Shown: piece after piece, positions 37,780 to 50,186 of the stretch
Position numbering within the stretch: position 1 is the stretch's first letter
How the letters are laid out: every line of letters starts with the position of its first letter
Assembly (NCBI GenBank): GCA_964199315.1
Contig: OZ116700.1
Span: 14,694,001 to 14,758,000 of the forward strand
Direction: 5' to 3'
Source: Orbicella franksi
Lineage: Eukaryota
Length of the DNA: 64,000 bases
Position numbers and translations under genes: made by a program
The notes under the pieces: generated by a model
What the model saw: the letters and a program-made list of their open reading frames with translations, nothing else
Database searches by the model: none
Told to the model about the DNA's origin: nothing

Positions 37780-40202
37780 ATGACCAAGGAAACCCTGACG
37801 ACTTCTTGTCAGGACGAGGAGAAGCATTCGCACATCTTGATGATTGCCGTTGTAATGCTTGGATCTATAATCGGGAACAGTATAATTTGCCTGTTACTCG
37901 TGCGGTTTAAGACAGTGCCGAATATTCTGATTGCGAACTTAGCTCTCATAGACATCCTCAACGCCCTGACCAATATGCCTCTTATGATCATGTGGTACAT
38001 CTGCAAAGTGCCCTTCCTAAAGGGCCGCCCTATCTCATGGTTCGTCGTGACTTGGTACGTGCTTTTCATGTACTTAACTGTGTTCAACCTCATTGTATTG
38101 ACAATGGACCGCTATGGAGCCATCGTGCACGGCCTTCGCTACCATTCATGGAAGACGATCAACAAAGCAAAAGTAGCAGTATTGTTTGTATGGCTCCTAG
38201 CAGCTGCCTATACATATGGCATGTTCATATTAGGGCTCGACACTGATCTTGGTGACGCTCCAGTGCTGGAGTACAGGATACACTACTTAAGAAAATTTGG
38301 TAGACATACCATAATTCCCGGTTATCTAGTTTCATTCACGATTATGGTCATTATGGGAATCGCCATTTGGCGCACCTTGCGTACCCAGAGAAAACGTATC
38401 TCGACGTTCTGTTCTGTGGCAAGACAAATTAAAAGCGACGTGAAGACGGCCAAGACGATCGGTTTGACCGTGGTGGCATTTTTATGTATGGGCATTTTTC
38501 CGATGTTGTTACACAATATTGCAAGAATTCACGGTTCATGGCTTCATTTCCTGGCGTTTTTTCTCACGCATCTCAACAGTATGGCAAATCCTGTCATCTA
38601 CTCTCTTAAGACTCAAAGGTATGTCATCTGTATTGAGCCTTATTAGATCAACAACTGTCTCTTGATCGCTATTGTCCATCTCCCATCATTTCGTTTGCAT
38701 TAATTTTTAACCTTTAAAAGTAAGTTATTAAAATAACAGTAAGTTATCAAAAAAATAGGGTGATTTTTTCACTTATTTGGACAAAAAGCAATGAGTCATT
38801 GCTAAACTTTTCACCGGGAAATGCATCAAGAGCTTTTGAAATAACATGTTTCCTGATCAATGTGGGTGACAGGCAACCGTCTTTGCGAACACAGCCCATT
38901 GAAAAGTAAAATTTCTGTTATACAATTGATACTATATCAAAGGAAGGACTTTGTGCTTCCTTTCATAGTTTACCTAACGCTGAAACTTAAGGTGTTTGGG
39001 TTATGGACCTTGTCTTGACCTTTGTTATTGAAATTCGAATAACTGAAAGTACGGACCATCAAATTTTAAAATGAAGCGAGTACTGTAAGTCATCAATTTT
39101 TTTGTACTGTTTGGAAAGAGGTACTATGAGAGTTAAGTCTATTTCTCAAGGGGAAAGGTTAAGGAACACTGGACTGTTCGATGTGGGAATCCTGTACTGC
39201 ACTCTGTCTCGTAATCGCGCTTCCTAGGCAAATAACAGACTAAGTAAATCCCTTTAATACACCTCTTTTAAAGGGACATTGTCACCATTTTATGCATGAT
39301 TTTGGAAATCTCCAAAAAACGTATATCGATCACTGGAAGAAGAACAATAATGGTTTTATTTTGTAGAGCAGTACTTGACAAATAATTAAAACCCATTAGG
39401 AAGGGAGGAGGCTAACGATGGCGAGGATGGAAACGGATTGCGATATGGATTTTTGAAAAAGCGTCACGATGTCAGTTTTTCAAAGGTTCAAGTTTGGCTC
39501 GAAATTCATTGAAATTTTGCAAAAATGTTGCTGCAGTGTGGACTTTCTTCAAGAAATTTCTTTTAATATTTTAGTTAGCGCTTATTAAGTTCTTATTACA
39601 TAAATTTAGGGACCATTTGGCGAATTTATAACAGTTTTAAGCAAATATATCATGACAGTGTCTCTTTAATCTGCTACAGAAGTCGACAAGGGAATCAAGA
39701 CCATTTAAGCGGTCATTTGTTCTAAGTTACGGCCCGACCAAACGCTCGCAACATTTCAACCTAACTTTTTTGCAAAATTGTTAGGCACAACGTGCCTTAC
39801 AAGTTTGGCCACCCGGCTGCAGTATGTTGCAGGATGCCGGTTGGAACAAGTTGGCAGACGAGTACAACATGTTGTGCGCAACAAATTTGCAATGTTTTGG
39901 GTTGAGATGTGATTTGTAAATTTCCAAACTTTCAACAGCGTGATGACATTGGCCATTGTGCGATCGCTGATGTAATTGCACGTTGGAGGCTTTTAGGCAT
40001 TTAATTTATTAAATGCCCAGTGTACTTTCGTTTATTTCTGCACAGGTTTCGCAAGGCTTTCATACTGTTCCTAAAGGACCCTTGGGGCAAGTCACAGCCC
40101 TTGATCACCGCCAGTAGCCAGGCAGATCTTCCCTGCACAGCAAAGAACTTTTATCGCACGACAGAAAAATACAACTCCCACAAAATAATATTTAAACCAT
40201 AA
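37780..40202 (+). CDS. Rhodopsin-class orphan GPCR, family A copy 3, 2 exons, 331 aa
   Basis: Exon 37780-38618 (839 nt; in-frame 9-bp deletion in ICL1) and exon 40046-40202 (ctgcacag acceptor, RFRKAF). Confidence 0.88.
39727..39880. repeat. Fragment of a DNA-transposon-derived repeat (ggcccgaccaaacgctcgcaacatttcaac family)
   Basis: Recurrent caacatgttg / gttgc motifs typical of a MITE arm; the opposite terminus was not found. Confidence 0.4.
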
Positions 40203-43200
40203 AGCGCTGACATGCTTGATATATTCAAATCACTCGACTGTTGTTCAGGAGTAAAAAGATACAGGTTTTATATTTGCTCGTTAAGTGCAATAACAGCTTG
40301 AATACCATTCTAACGGCAGGGCAAGAACTAGTAATTAAGAACGTGGCATAAAAATATAGCTCTGTACTTAACTGTGTCGTGTTTTTTTTTCTCAAAATTG
40401 ACTCAAAACGGTTTTTTCTTAACACGCAAACGGAGGGGTCTCCTAGCCAGTGATTTTGTTTTGGTAATCAACACAATTCGTTCGTATTGTTAGAAATGTT
40501 AGTATTGTCAATAATGTTAGTAATGTGAGTAATGTTGGTATTCTAAATAATGTGTACATTCAAACAAAAATTTCCCCCCCAAAAAATATATATATGTAAT
40601 GAAAACTCACCTTCATCTATGATTTTATACGAAATTTAGCAATATATGCTCCAGAAGTTGAAACCACGGTAAATTTGTAGATAATTCTATGCAATAGCCG
40701 GATGTAGATGTAATAAATAGACAACTTTTAGTATCTTGCTCATTGCTGGAAAATCAATAAATCAGAACCCGTTACAATAGTTAAGTTTAGTATACTCGAG
40801 CAATAAATTTAACCTTGAGTTGTTTAAGACTATCTCTTTTTAAATTTCATTGGAAGAGTTTACAATTGCCAATAATTTACAATTGGTGTCGAAAACCCGA
40901 AACCAAAGTTATCCCTCGGTCAATCACAAAATTACATAGAAAATCCAGTGACCTAGCAAAAACTCGAAGCAAATACGCAAAGCTGGCAGGAAGGGCGGAA
41001 AAAGTACACGAGCGAATCACGATTGAATTTGTTTCATTTCTTATTGGATGAGAAAGTGGCGCGCGAGAATTTTAAACCAATAACAAATCGTAATTGCGAA
41101 TTACTTTCCACTTTTCAGTGAAAAGTGCTCAACTGCTCTTTAAGAAGGGTGACTTATTAGTTAATTCTAATTCAATTAATCAATTATTACAATTATTTGC
41201 ACCCCTTAGTTAATATACGCATTTCATCTTATAAAGTTTGTAAATTAAGAGTGTGTTTGTTGTTGGCTGTTGTAGTGTGGTCACAGCCACTGTCAAATGG
41301 AGTTGATTGTGGTCAAACTGGAGTAGACAGGTTGATTAATTACGAGAATTTCCAAATTATCTCTTAAGTACTAATCAATTTTTCTTGCAAGCAATAACAG
41401 CTATCTCTGTGAGCAATATCATACATGCACCATCTTTTCCGGTGGCAATATTGAATTTGCACTGAATTTCACTTCTCGCGATCAGTTCCAAACATGCAAT
41501 GAATTACCCGCAAACTAGGTTTCCCTCAGCCGATCAAATTCGAGAACTATTTTACTTGAATAATTAGCTCACAGTATCGATCTTTCGTCGTCCTAATGAC
41601 CAAATTATCCCTTGAATTGGCAAATAAAAAACTCTGTTAACTTTAAGGCTATTTTTTGTCCACCATTTCGATGATTTTTCCACCCTGACCTCGTCTCAGG
41701 CATCTGCTTGAAAAATAAGTTCTTGTTAAAAAATATTGTCAATTTAACCTCGGTGTTGAACATAAATTAAATTTAGATTAAGTCGGCAGGCTCGAAGAAG
41801 ACATTAAATCTAGCTCCGACAAGTACATTATTGCGAAAAAGCCTAAGAAAGGCCGACTGATGCTGCTTTTCACTTGAACAGTAGGCAGGTGTGTTTGTGA
41901 AAACAGCAAATCAGCAAAGTTAATTATGCGGGCAAACGATTTCATGATCAGAGCCTTGAGTCTCTCGCTACGTTCTCATTTCGGTTATTGATACATGTAT
42001 GTTTCGTTGACAGAAAAAAAGAGCGAAACTGTATGAGAAAGAGTTGGATATAAAATACCGAGATAAAGTTTCAAGGCATTCTCAGTATTCATGCGGGATC
42101 GTTTGAACAAAATAAACTGATGCTTCCGCTTTTCCGGTGTTTTAAAAGGAGAAAATGTTGCATGGATCTCACATCCACTTCGTGTTCATACTAACAGTAA
42201 TAATTAGAATTGTCATAGGTAATAATATCTACAGTAAGAAAAACACGTTATTTCTCGGTGCTTTCTAATTATCGTTTTGCCGCAGTTTCTCAAAAGAGAT
42301 ATCACCTTTGCATTTAGGTAGTGTTAATTTTCAGTTAGGTGATCTCAAAAATGGATTTCAGGATCCTGTTTCGGTTTTTCAGCTGTAAAAACAGATGTTT
42401 AGAAGGCCCTAGAATGCTTATTCCATTTTATATTACTGACGGGGCACTCATTTTGGGAACTCGCCCAGGTTTTATTTGGAGTCTTTCTGGCGTAAGCTAA
42501 CAGAGGTCTCTGACGAAAATGGAAATTTTATTAACAGTCTGTACGAATAACCTTTTGTTTCCGCTAAAATCATCGTCCACCAGTTGTGTTCAATGTGATA
42601 TTGGACATGCGATGCCTTGCGCCATAAAGATACGAATAACAATTATAAATCAACTATCATCTGCGACTTAACTCCAAGGGTGAAAATTGTTTCGTAGATC
42701 TACTCGTTAAATTAAATTGAAAACTACATATGTTTGACAGTACATTTCATCTTTTTGATTAAATGACTCAGATTTAAAAATTTTAACTCATTCTCTGAGT
42801 GACGCATTCTGACTGGAGTCATTTAACTTGACAGCCACGAATGAAAACGGACGAGACATTGGCAAGCAACTAAACCTACAGCAATTTAGTTTTTAGGTGA
42901 CAACGGCAATACAATGACAGTACGGAAACCAGGGTGAGATTTGTTCGATCATGCAGGACCTGCTAATTCGTACGTGATGTCTATGTTTGCTTGGATAGCA
43001 CACAGGTGTGGAAATTAAACAAAAGAGGTAAAATGCACGTGTACTATTATGTAAGAATAGGACAGTCTTACTGGCTGCCTATCCAATTTCACACACACAA
43101 AAAAACAAAAACGCACGAATGGTTCCAACAATTTATTTTATTACCGGGGAAAGATTAATAAGTTGTGAAAAACAGTTGGTGAAACAGCCTTGGATCTATC

Positions 43201-43246
43201 AAAAATTTGATTTCAGGATACATCCTATTTCGATGCCGTGATCAAC

Positions 43247-44251
43247 ATGTACAATAACTGCTCTGTCATCTGCCAAGGAGAACAAGCCAGAATTCCAGAA
43301 AGCAATGCTTGCTTCCGTTTTCCTGTATTCGAGACGGAAAATGTTCCGCAGGAGCTCATCGTATTTAACCGCATTGTTAACATTCTGCTTTTGGTAACAG
43401 CAATTGTAGGAAATCTTTTGGTGTTATCTGTAGCATGGAAGACGCCTTCTCTTCGCTCCCCGGCGATTGTTTTGCTTTGTGGACTTGCCACAACCGATCT
43501 CGCTGTCGGTCTTGTCGTTCAGCCCTTTTTTCTTTCCATGGAACTGATACCACTCCTCTCGAACTCAGCAGAGTATCACTGCAATTTGGGAAAGGCAGTC
43601 ATCACTATGTCCTATTGGGTATGCGGTGCATCTTTATCGACTGTTACAGCCATCAGTGTAGACAGGTTATTAGCCCTTAGTTATCACCTGAGATATCATA
43701 GTATTGTAACTGTTCCACGAGTCATGTGCGTTCTGACGCTAAACTGGTTGACTGGTGGATTTCTGGCAAGTCTGATATTGTGGAGTGGAGATGAAGTATT
43801 CCTTGCTGTCATGGCCGTGGCAGTTGCCATATTTCTCTGCTTGTCCACGTATGCTCATGTAAAAATATATCTCGTTGTTCGCCGTCATAAACAACAAATC
43901 CAAACCCAAGCAAGGGCAGTTCAAGTAGGTATCGGTAATGGTTTTAACTTGGCACGGTTTAAAAGGTCAGTTGCCAACGCTTTCCTAGTTCATTACGTCT
44001 TTCTTCTTTGCTACACGCCACTGTTCATTACTTTGCTGTTGACTAATAATGACAAATGGGCTGATTCAGCATTATTGAAGAAGTCCCACAGTGCCATAGC
44101 ATGGAAATTAACAACCACTGTCGTGTTTATGAATTCTTCTGTGAATCCTTTTATTTACTGTTGGCGTCTTCGAGAAATGAGAGTTGCTGTAAAAAGGTTT
44201 TTGAAGAGTTTTTTCTGTGGCAGTCATTTAGTGGCGGCAAATCCAGACTAA
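43247..44251 (+). CDS. Single-exon rhodopsin-class orphan GPCR, family B copy 1, 334 aa
   Basis: GN (TM1), LATTDL, C at TM3 start, SVDR, W (TM4), CYTP (TM6), NPFIYCWR. First ATG at 43247. Confidence 0.9.
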   Translation: MYNNCSVICQGEQARIPESNACFRFPVFETENVPQELIVFNRIVNILLLVTAIVGNLLVLSVAWKTPSLRSPAIVLLCGLATTDLAVGLVVQPFFLSMELIPLLSNSAEYHCNLGKAVITMSYWVCGASLSTVTAISVDRLLALSYHLRYHSIVTVPRVMCVLTLNWLTGGFLASLILWSGDEVFLAVMAVAVAIFLCLSTYAHVKIYLVVRRHKQQIQTQARAVQVGIGNGFNLARFKRSVANAFLVHYVFLLCYTPLFITLLLTNNDKWADSALLKKSHSAIAWKLTTTVVFMNSSVNPFIYCWRLREMRVAVKRFLKSFFCGSHLVAANPD

Positions 44252-44551
44252 AGTAAAAGGTTAAGGTAAAGTCTGCATACGAACCAAGTGGGCCATCAGG
44301 CCGGCCCTTATCTCCGGTTTCTATGTATCATGAAGCGACTAGGAGCACAGTATTTCTAATACTCCTGGATGGGATGCTAGTCAGTCGCTAGTTTATCCCC
44401 AGGATTAAATTCGCCGGTACTCATTTATACAGCCGGGTGGAGAGAGGCACTGTCAGAGTAAAGTGTTTACCCAAGAACGCAACGGAGTGTCCCCGGCCAG
44501 GGCTCGAGCTCGGTTCGCTCGATCCGGAGTCCCGGCGACTTAACCATGAGG
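44252..44551 (-). mobile_element. tRNA-derived SINE abutting the GPCR B1 stop codon
   Basis: A (AAAGGT)-like tail starts at 44252. The body is homologous to 26241-26400, and there is a tRNA-like head on the minus strand (rc of ccagggctcgagctcgg...cttaaccatgagg). Confidence 0.8.
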
Positions 44552-44947
44552 AACTTGGGCTTAATAGTTATGATAAATATGTTCTAAAAAAATGAATTAT
44601 ATATCACATCGAGGTCTCTGCCTTCAGTTACAGTCTTGTACATGCAAACCCTAATATCAAAACATGTATTTCTTTCAGGTGTTTAATTAGGTCGCTTTGT
44701 AGTAGTTCCCATTGGGATAATTAGGCCTTTATATAGTACGCCTTGCGAATATCACACCGATCGACGCCGACCAGTTTACTTGAGGCTGTTTTTTTCTTAT
44801 TGTAAATATCGTTGTCTAAAACAGCGTGTGACATTTTCTTATATCCTCTGGCTTGTAACCTGTATTCAGCGTGCCTCAGATTCTTGTAAACTAAACTCGA
44901 TTATTGCTGGCGGCTCCCTCCATTATTTGTTGTATTATTTGTCTCCT

Positions 44948-45244
44948 CTACTTATGATAGAAATGTTTTCTATTAGGCTGAGCGAAGTGAAATAGAATAG
45001 AAGTTCTCTTAAAAAGAAAAGTTTTTAATGACATTTGGAAAGTCGTTCGAAAGCCTTGGTGCCATAACCAAGAAAGATTTGTCGCCATAAAAAGCCGCTT
45101 TAGTCTTTGCAATAGACTGCAGATTTGAGGTACCGGACCGTGGTAAACGCCAAAGCGTGTGATGAAATAAAAGTTCGATCTTACTGGGGTAACATGGGCT
45201 GACTTCTTCGCTCTGACAGTCAGCCTTGCAGCTGTATTTTGCAA
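44948..45244 (-). mobile_element. L2/CR1 LINE RT C-terminal relic
   Basis: QNTAARL...SAHVTPV and a downstream KTFLFK segment, typical of L2 ORF2 ends. Confidence 0.7.
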
Positions 45245-45601
45245 CCGTTGTAGTTTTTCTAACTCAGGATGTATTAATCAAGTTCTGAAGAATTAACAGC
45301 ATAAAGAAAACTCTCCGTAACAAACATAGAGATCGTAATTACTTCTCAAGTTTTTTGTAAAATAGAATATCCTCTTAAATGCTTCGTAGTTTTACTAATT
45401 AAAAACAACAATATACGTACTGAAGAAAATAACTGAATTTGCATATGAAGTAGGATAAGGCAAAGTCAAATAAAGAACAATATCAGACGGAAATGTATAA
45501 AGATTCAGTCTAATTCCAAAGACCCGCCATGTTGCAATTCAATACTGAAAGGTGCTCCGAAAATCAAGATTTGACGTGGAATGTAAATCGTCTAAACAAG
45601 G

Positions 45602-45633
45602 TACATACATACATACATACATACATACATACA
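45602..45633. repeat. (TACA)8 microsatellite
   Basis: Eight perfect units. Confidence 0.95.
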
Positions 45634-46869
45634 TTCTTTATTCAAGACGCAAAGTTACAAAAGTAAAAATGGCCAATAAGCCACGTTTAATATATCAACA
45701 TTATTAGTTGATAATGAACTAAGTGTTTCACTTGCCCTTCTGATGCCGCTCAACAGTTTCTTTCCAGACCAATCACTTTTTATGAAATAATCTTTGGACA
45801 TGGGAAAAACTTTCGACGTGCTCCTAGGATAATTTTAAATTGAATGGAGTAATTATCTGCAATGTACACAATACCTGCTGGTTACCTGCTCTGGTAAGCA
45901 AATATTTCCCAACTTTGCGCGCCAAGCACGTTACCTTACACACAAACAAATCGAATTTAACGTTCTAACTTCCTGTCGTTACGAAAAGCAATAGTTATCA
46001 TCGCTCTGGTTGCCAAATATAAAGACCGATTTCCAGCGCTTTTCTTGAAGTTTAGCCATATTTCTGCTTGAAACAAGTTATTTTTTTTACATACACAAGC
46101 AAAGAGGAACTAAATTCACCTAGTTTTAGAAAGGTGACGCAGGACTTCAGATTTTCAAAAGTGCACAATTACTCATCAGTAAGAAAAAATAAATTAAATT
46201 GCGATGTGTCGCACAAACGCTCGCCAATGTCAAATACGAGGAAAACAACAGAAAGGGTACGGGTGCCATGACGTCAATTGTCTCAGACTTTGAAAGAAAA
46301 GAAAAAAAAAAGATAAACCAACTATCACTACCCTTTCACTCAAACGAGTCATCTTTACAGTCTTTAAGGTGCTGGAGCGACCATTATTTGACCATCTGCG
46401 CAACTCGGGTTTTGTTATTGCTACAAAGAACTTGTTATGCCGGATCATATTTTCTCAAGCTTTGTCATTTTAATTTCTGTCAAAATTTGTTAAACTGAAG
46501 TTGGTGTTTTACGAGCAAACACATATGCACGAAATGAATGCAAAATTCCCACGAAGGAACAAGGTTGAACCATACGCAGTTTTTCCGGTTACCGTTCTGT
46601 GAACTTTCAAGAAGAGCAAACGATAAGCCGTTTTAGTCGCTTTCACGGTATTGCCGACGGAAAATATTCAGTGAAAACACCATGCTTATCTAACTGTGTC
46701 TATTTATTAAGAGGGTCAGCTTTAAATGAAGATGAAGTTCTTCCCTGCTAACACCTTATTTGCTTGTATACCGCACATATTTTTATGCAAATAAAGTTAT
46801 TATAAATAAATAAATAAATAAATAAATAGATAAATTATTAACATTTCGTTACTAGGAAATATTTTGGCT

Positions 46870-47300
46870 TTATCCGCGTAGCATGGAAGATTCTTCCTCT
46901 TTGTTCTCCGTCGATTTTCGTTAATTACTTTTTGGAATCGACAAATTTTGGAGTTGGTCTTGTCATTCGGCCCTAATCTATTCCCTTGAACATCGCTTTA
47001 GAAAAAGTGTTCCCCAGTATTACCTATTCAGTAGTGTGCGTTTGAAGGTTTGTTAGGTCTGTTACGTTATTGGCCAGTTGTTATCCCTTGATGAGATATG
47101 CTAATATTGAAACTGAACATTCCGAAGTTAAACTGGTTGGTAAGCAGATTTTGTAGCAAGTCTAATATTGTGTATTGTGTGTTTTTTTTTTTTTTTTGTC
47201 ATGACTGTTACAGATGGTGTGTTTATTTTGCTTGCGTGCAGTTGTAAAGTTATATCTCGTTGTTCTCCACCATCAGCAACAAATTCCAGCCCCGCAAACG
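46870..47300 (+). pseudogene. Highly decayed family B GPCR relic
   Basis: Collinear nucleotide matches to B1/B2: gtagcatggaaga; gttggtcttgtc.ttc.gccc; gatatgctaatattg; aaactggttggtaagc...gcaagtctaatattgtg; tatatctcgttgttc...catcagcaacaaattcc. No open frame. Confidence 0.7.
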
Positions 47301-48180
47301 GTCAAACAGATGCCTTAAAAACACCTATTTTTAAAAGGCTTTAACGCGAATAGGGAAGATATTTGTTCACAAACATTGTTTTCGTTGTTTAAATGTTCAA
47401 AACGTTAAACAAAAGAATTATTTGTTTCACCAGCCAATAGTTCTCTAGGTTGGCATATTTATAACAATAGGTGACGTCACTGATATCTTTGCCATACGAA
47501 AAAAAAAGAAAATACAAACGTTTTCCTTGTTCACTACTTCCTACTCCTTTGCTATTTCCTTCCACTACGTGAAGCCATGAAAAAGTCTCAAGTTAGTTTG
47601 TCATTTAATATTTTGCCAAACAATAAAACAACAAGAAAAACGATTCCCTTGAACCTGCTTCTCCCATTCGCCACTTAAGAAACGAAAAGTCTGGGTCGAG
47701 TCTCATCACACGGTTGCTGTTGGGGCTGGCATCACTGAGGACAATACGGTTTCTCATGCTTTGCCTGATCTTTAGTAATAGTTCCAACGTGAGCGATTGC
47801 GAGCTTACACTCGACCCAGATTCCCTCTGGTTTCAAAATTGACAAATAACATAAAATGGGACAATTGTGGTAAAAATGATTCTAAATATTGCAAGTTTCA
47901 CAAAATTTTTCACAGCGAATGAACTGAAACAATAAAGGACGCTCCGTGCAATGATATTGTTAGGTCTCGAAACCCACTCATAAGTGAAATTGTTTTTCTC
48001 TCTCCGGATATGAACCATGACACTTTCACATGATTACGCATGCATGTGCACGATTCTACGAAATTATCTCCTTCACCAAACACAAATATCAGGGGAGAAC
48101 GAAAATGGATGGAAAATGCCTCGGATGCGTCAGAAATTTTTGTTCCTTGTAAAGATTTAAACCGTTTTACGCATATCATC

Positions 48181-49153
48181 ATGCATAATAACTCTTCTAT
48201 AAGATTCTTAGAAGAGCAAGAGACCATTCAAGAGAACAGTACTTGCTTCCGTTTTCCTGTATTTCAGGTTGACAACATTCCACAAAATCTTATCGTGTTG
48301 AACTGTGCAATTAACGTCCTATTTCTAATAACAGCAATTCTTGGAAATCTCTTGGTCATATCAGCAGTTTGGAAGACACCTTCTCTTCGATGTCCTTCGA
48401 ATATATTCCTCTGTGGACTCTCAACGTCAGATCTCGCCGTTGGTCTTGTCGTTCAGCCCTTGTTTCTTTATATAGAACTGATACAAATCCTCGAAAGGCC
48501 AACACAGTATCCGTGCGCTTTGGGACATGCATTCATTATAGTGTCTCATTCGGTATGTGGTGTGTCCTTGTTGACTGTTACAGCCATCAGTGTAGATAGG
48601 TTGTTAGCGCTGCAGTATCATCTAAGATATGTTAATATTGTCACCGTTCAACGTGTACTCGTATCTTATCTTATTTTTCTGGTTGGTAAGCACGTCTCTG
48701 GCAAGTCTGATACTGTGGAATGAAAAAATATTTCTTGTCGTTATGGCTTTGGTGGTTGGTATTTGCCTTTGTTTGTCGGTGTTAGTCCATCTGAAAATTT
48801 ATCGCGTCGTTCGACGCCATCAGCAGCAAATTCAAACCCAAAGAGAAGCAGTCCAAGCACGTGATGATTTTAACGTAGCACGTTTCAAAAGGACAGCAGC
48901 CAATGCTTTTCTGATTCACTACTTTCTTCTCCTTTGTTATACTCCACTGTTTATCACGTTACTGCTGACAAGCAACGAAGACAAGATTGATTCGGCGTCA
49001 TGGAAAAAGGCCGATAGTGCTATAGCATGGAAATTGACAAGCACAATAGTATTCATGAATTCCGCTGTGAATCCTTTTATTTACTGTTGGCGTCTTAGAG
49101 GAATGCGAATCACTATAACAAAGACTTTGAAGGCAATTATCCGTAGGTCGTGA
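48181..49153 (+). pseudogene. Family B GPCR copy 2 with a single +1 frameshift (or a sequencing error)
   Basis: ORFs 48040-48723 and 48629-49153 together encode the full 7TM. Removing G48661 gives RVLYLILFFW, which aligns with B3 RVIYLMTLNW, and a 323-aa protein. Confidence 0.8.
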
Positions 49154-49692
49154 TTTTGTTTCTGATTGTATTAGTTGGCACCAAAGAGATTTTGCCTACA
49201 GTAATATATCGGCTGAGTTAAATGGCAAGCATAAAATTATGGATTGTATTTGTTTTGGCTATTCATGACTTTGTTAGGTCAGTAATCATAGACAAGATGC
49301 AATTGGCCTTTATACAATATAACCAAAAAAATACCATAGCATGTCGTCCATTGTGTCACATATCCTTATGTATTCTCTTACTGTTGCGTTTTACACTATT
49401 TCTCAACAATGCCAGTGGACTTTTACTTCAGTTTTCGCCTCTCTATCTAGATCTAACCGTAGTATGTGACCTATGGATTAAAACCTCAATAACCGGTTTT
49501 TCGGATTTGTTATCTATTGCGGTTTTCGATTTATTCCTTTTTTAGCGTCCGGTTTTCGGGTTTTCGGTCTAAGAATTAACAATTAGCGGACGAGTTGGGC
49601 AAAATATCATGATTTGTCACTGGAGATAGGTTAGAGCAGATCAATTATTTGCCGAAGCGGCCGAAGGCTTAGACCAAAAATTGACCTGCGAG

Positions 49693-49695
<3 letters not shown>

Positions 49696-49745
<50 letters not shown>

Positions 49746-50186
49746 TTTATATAGCGCCTATCCATGCCTGCTCTAGGCGCTGTACAATTCGCCAAAATGA
49801 TCTGTACTAATCTTAATAATTAAAAATGTGCATTTAAGAAAGTAATAGAAAGTAAAAATCGCTAAGAATAATAAGTTTTCTTAAAAAGATGAGTTTTGAG
49901 TTTAGATTTAAAAGAACTTAGATTGTCACATGAGCGGATAGAAACAGGTAGACTGTTCCAGAGTTCAGGAGCGGAAACAGCAAAAGCTCGAGAACCATAT
50001 GTCTTCTGGTGAAAATTTGTGGGGTTAAGAAGTAATAAGTGTGATGATCGGAGGATTCTGGAAGGTTGGTAGTACGCTACTAGATCTTGAATGTAGACAG
50101 GAGATTGTTGATGAAGAGCCTTAAAGGTAAGTAACATAATCTTGAATTTAATGCGTTCAGAAATAGGAAGCCAGTGTAATTCTTTC
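49696..50186 (-). mobile_element. 5'-truncated L2 LINE with (TAA)n tail and AGATA TSD
   Basis: LKELHWLPISERIKFK...YGSRAFAVSAPELWNSLP...FKSKLKTHLF; 3' stem-loop agcgcct/aggcgct; (TAA)n at about 49693-49738; AGATA at 49691-49695 and 50187-50191. Confidence 0.9.

Noticed and set aside
28013-38246. Identical 84-aa alternative-frame ORFs (28205-28459, 37992-38246) and similar antisense ORFs
   Set aside because: They are shadows of the GPCR coding sequence inside the 371-bp identical tract, with no independent coding evidence.
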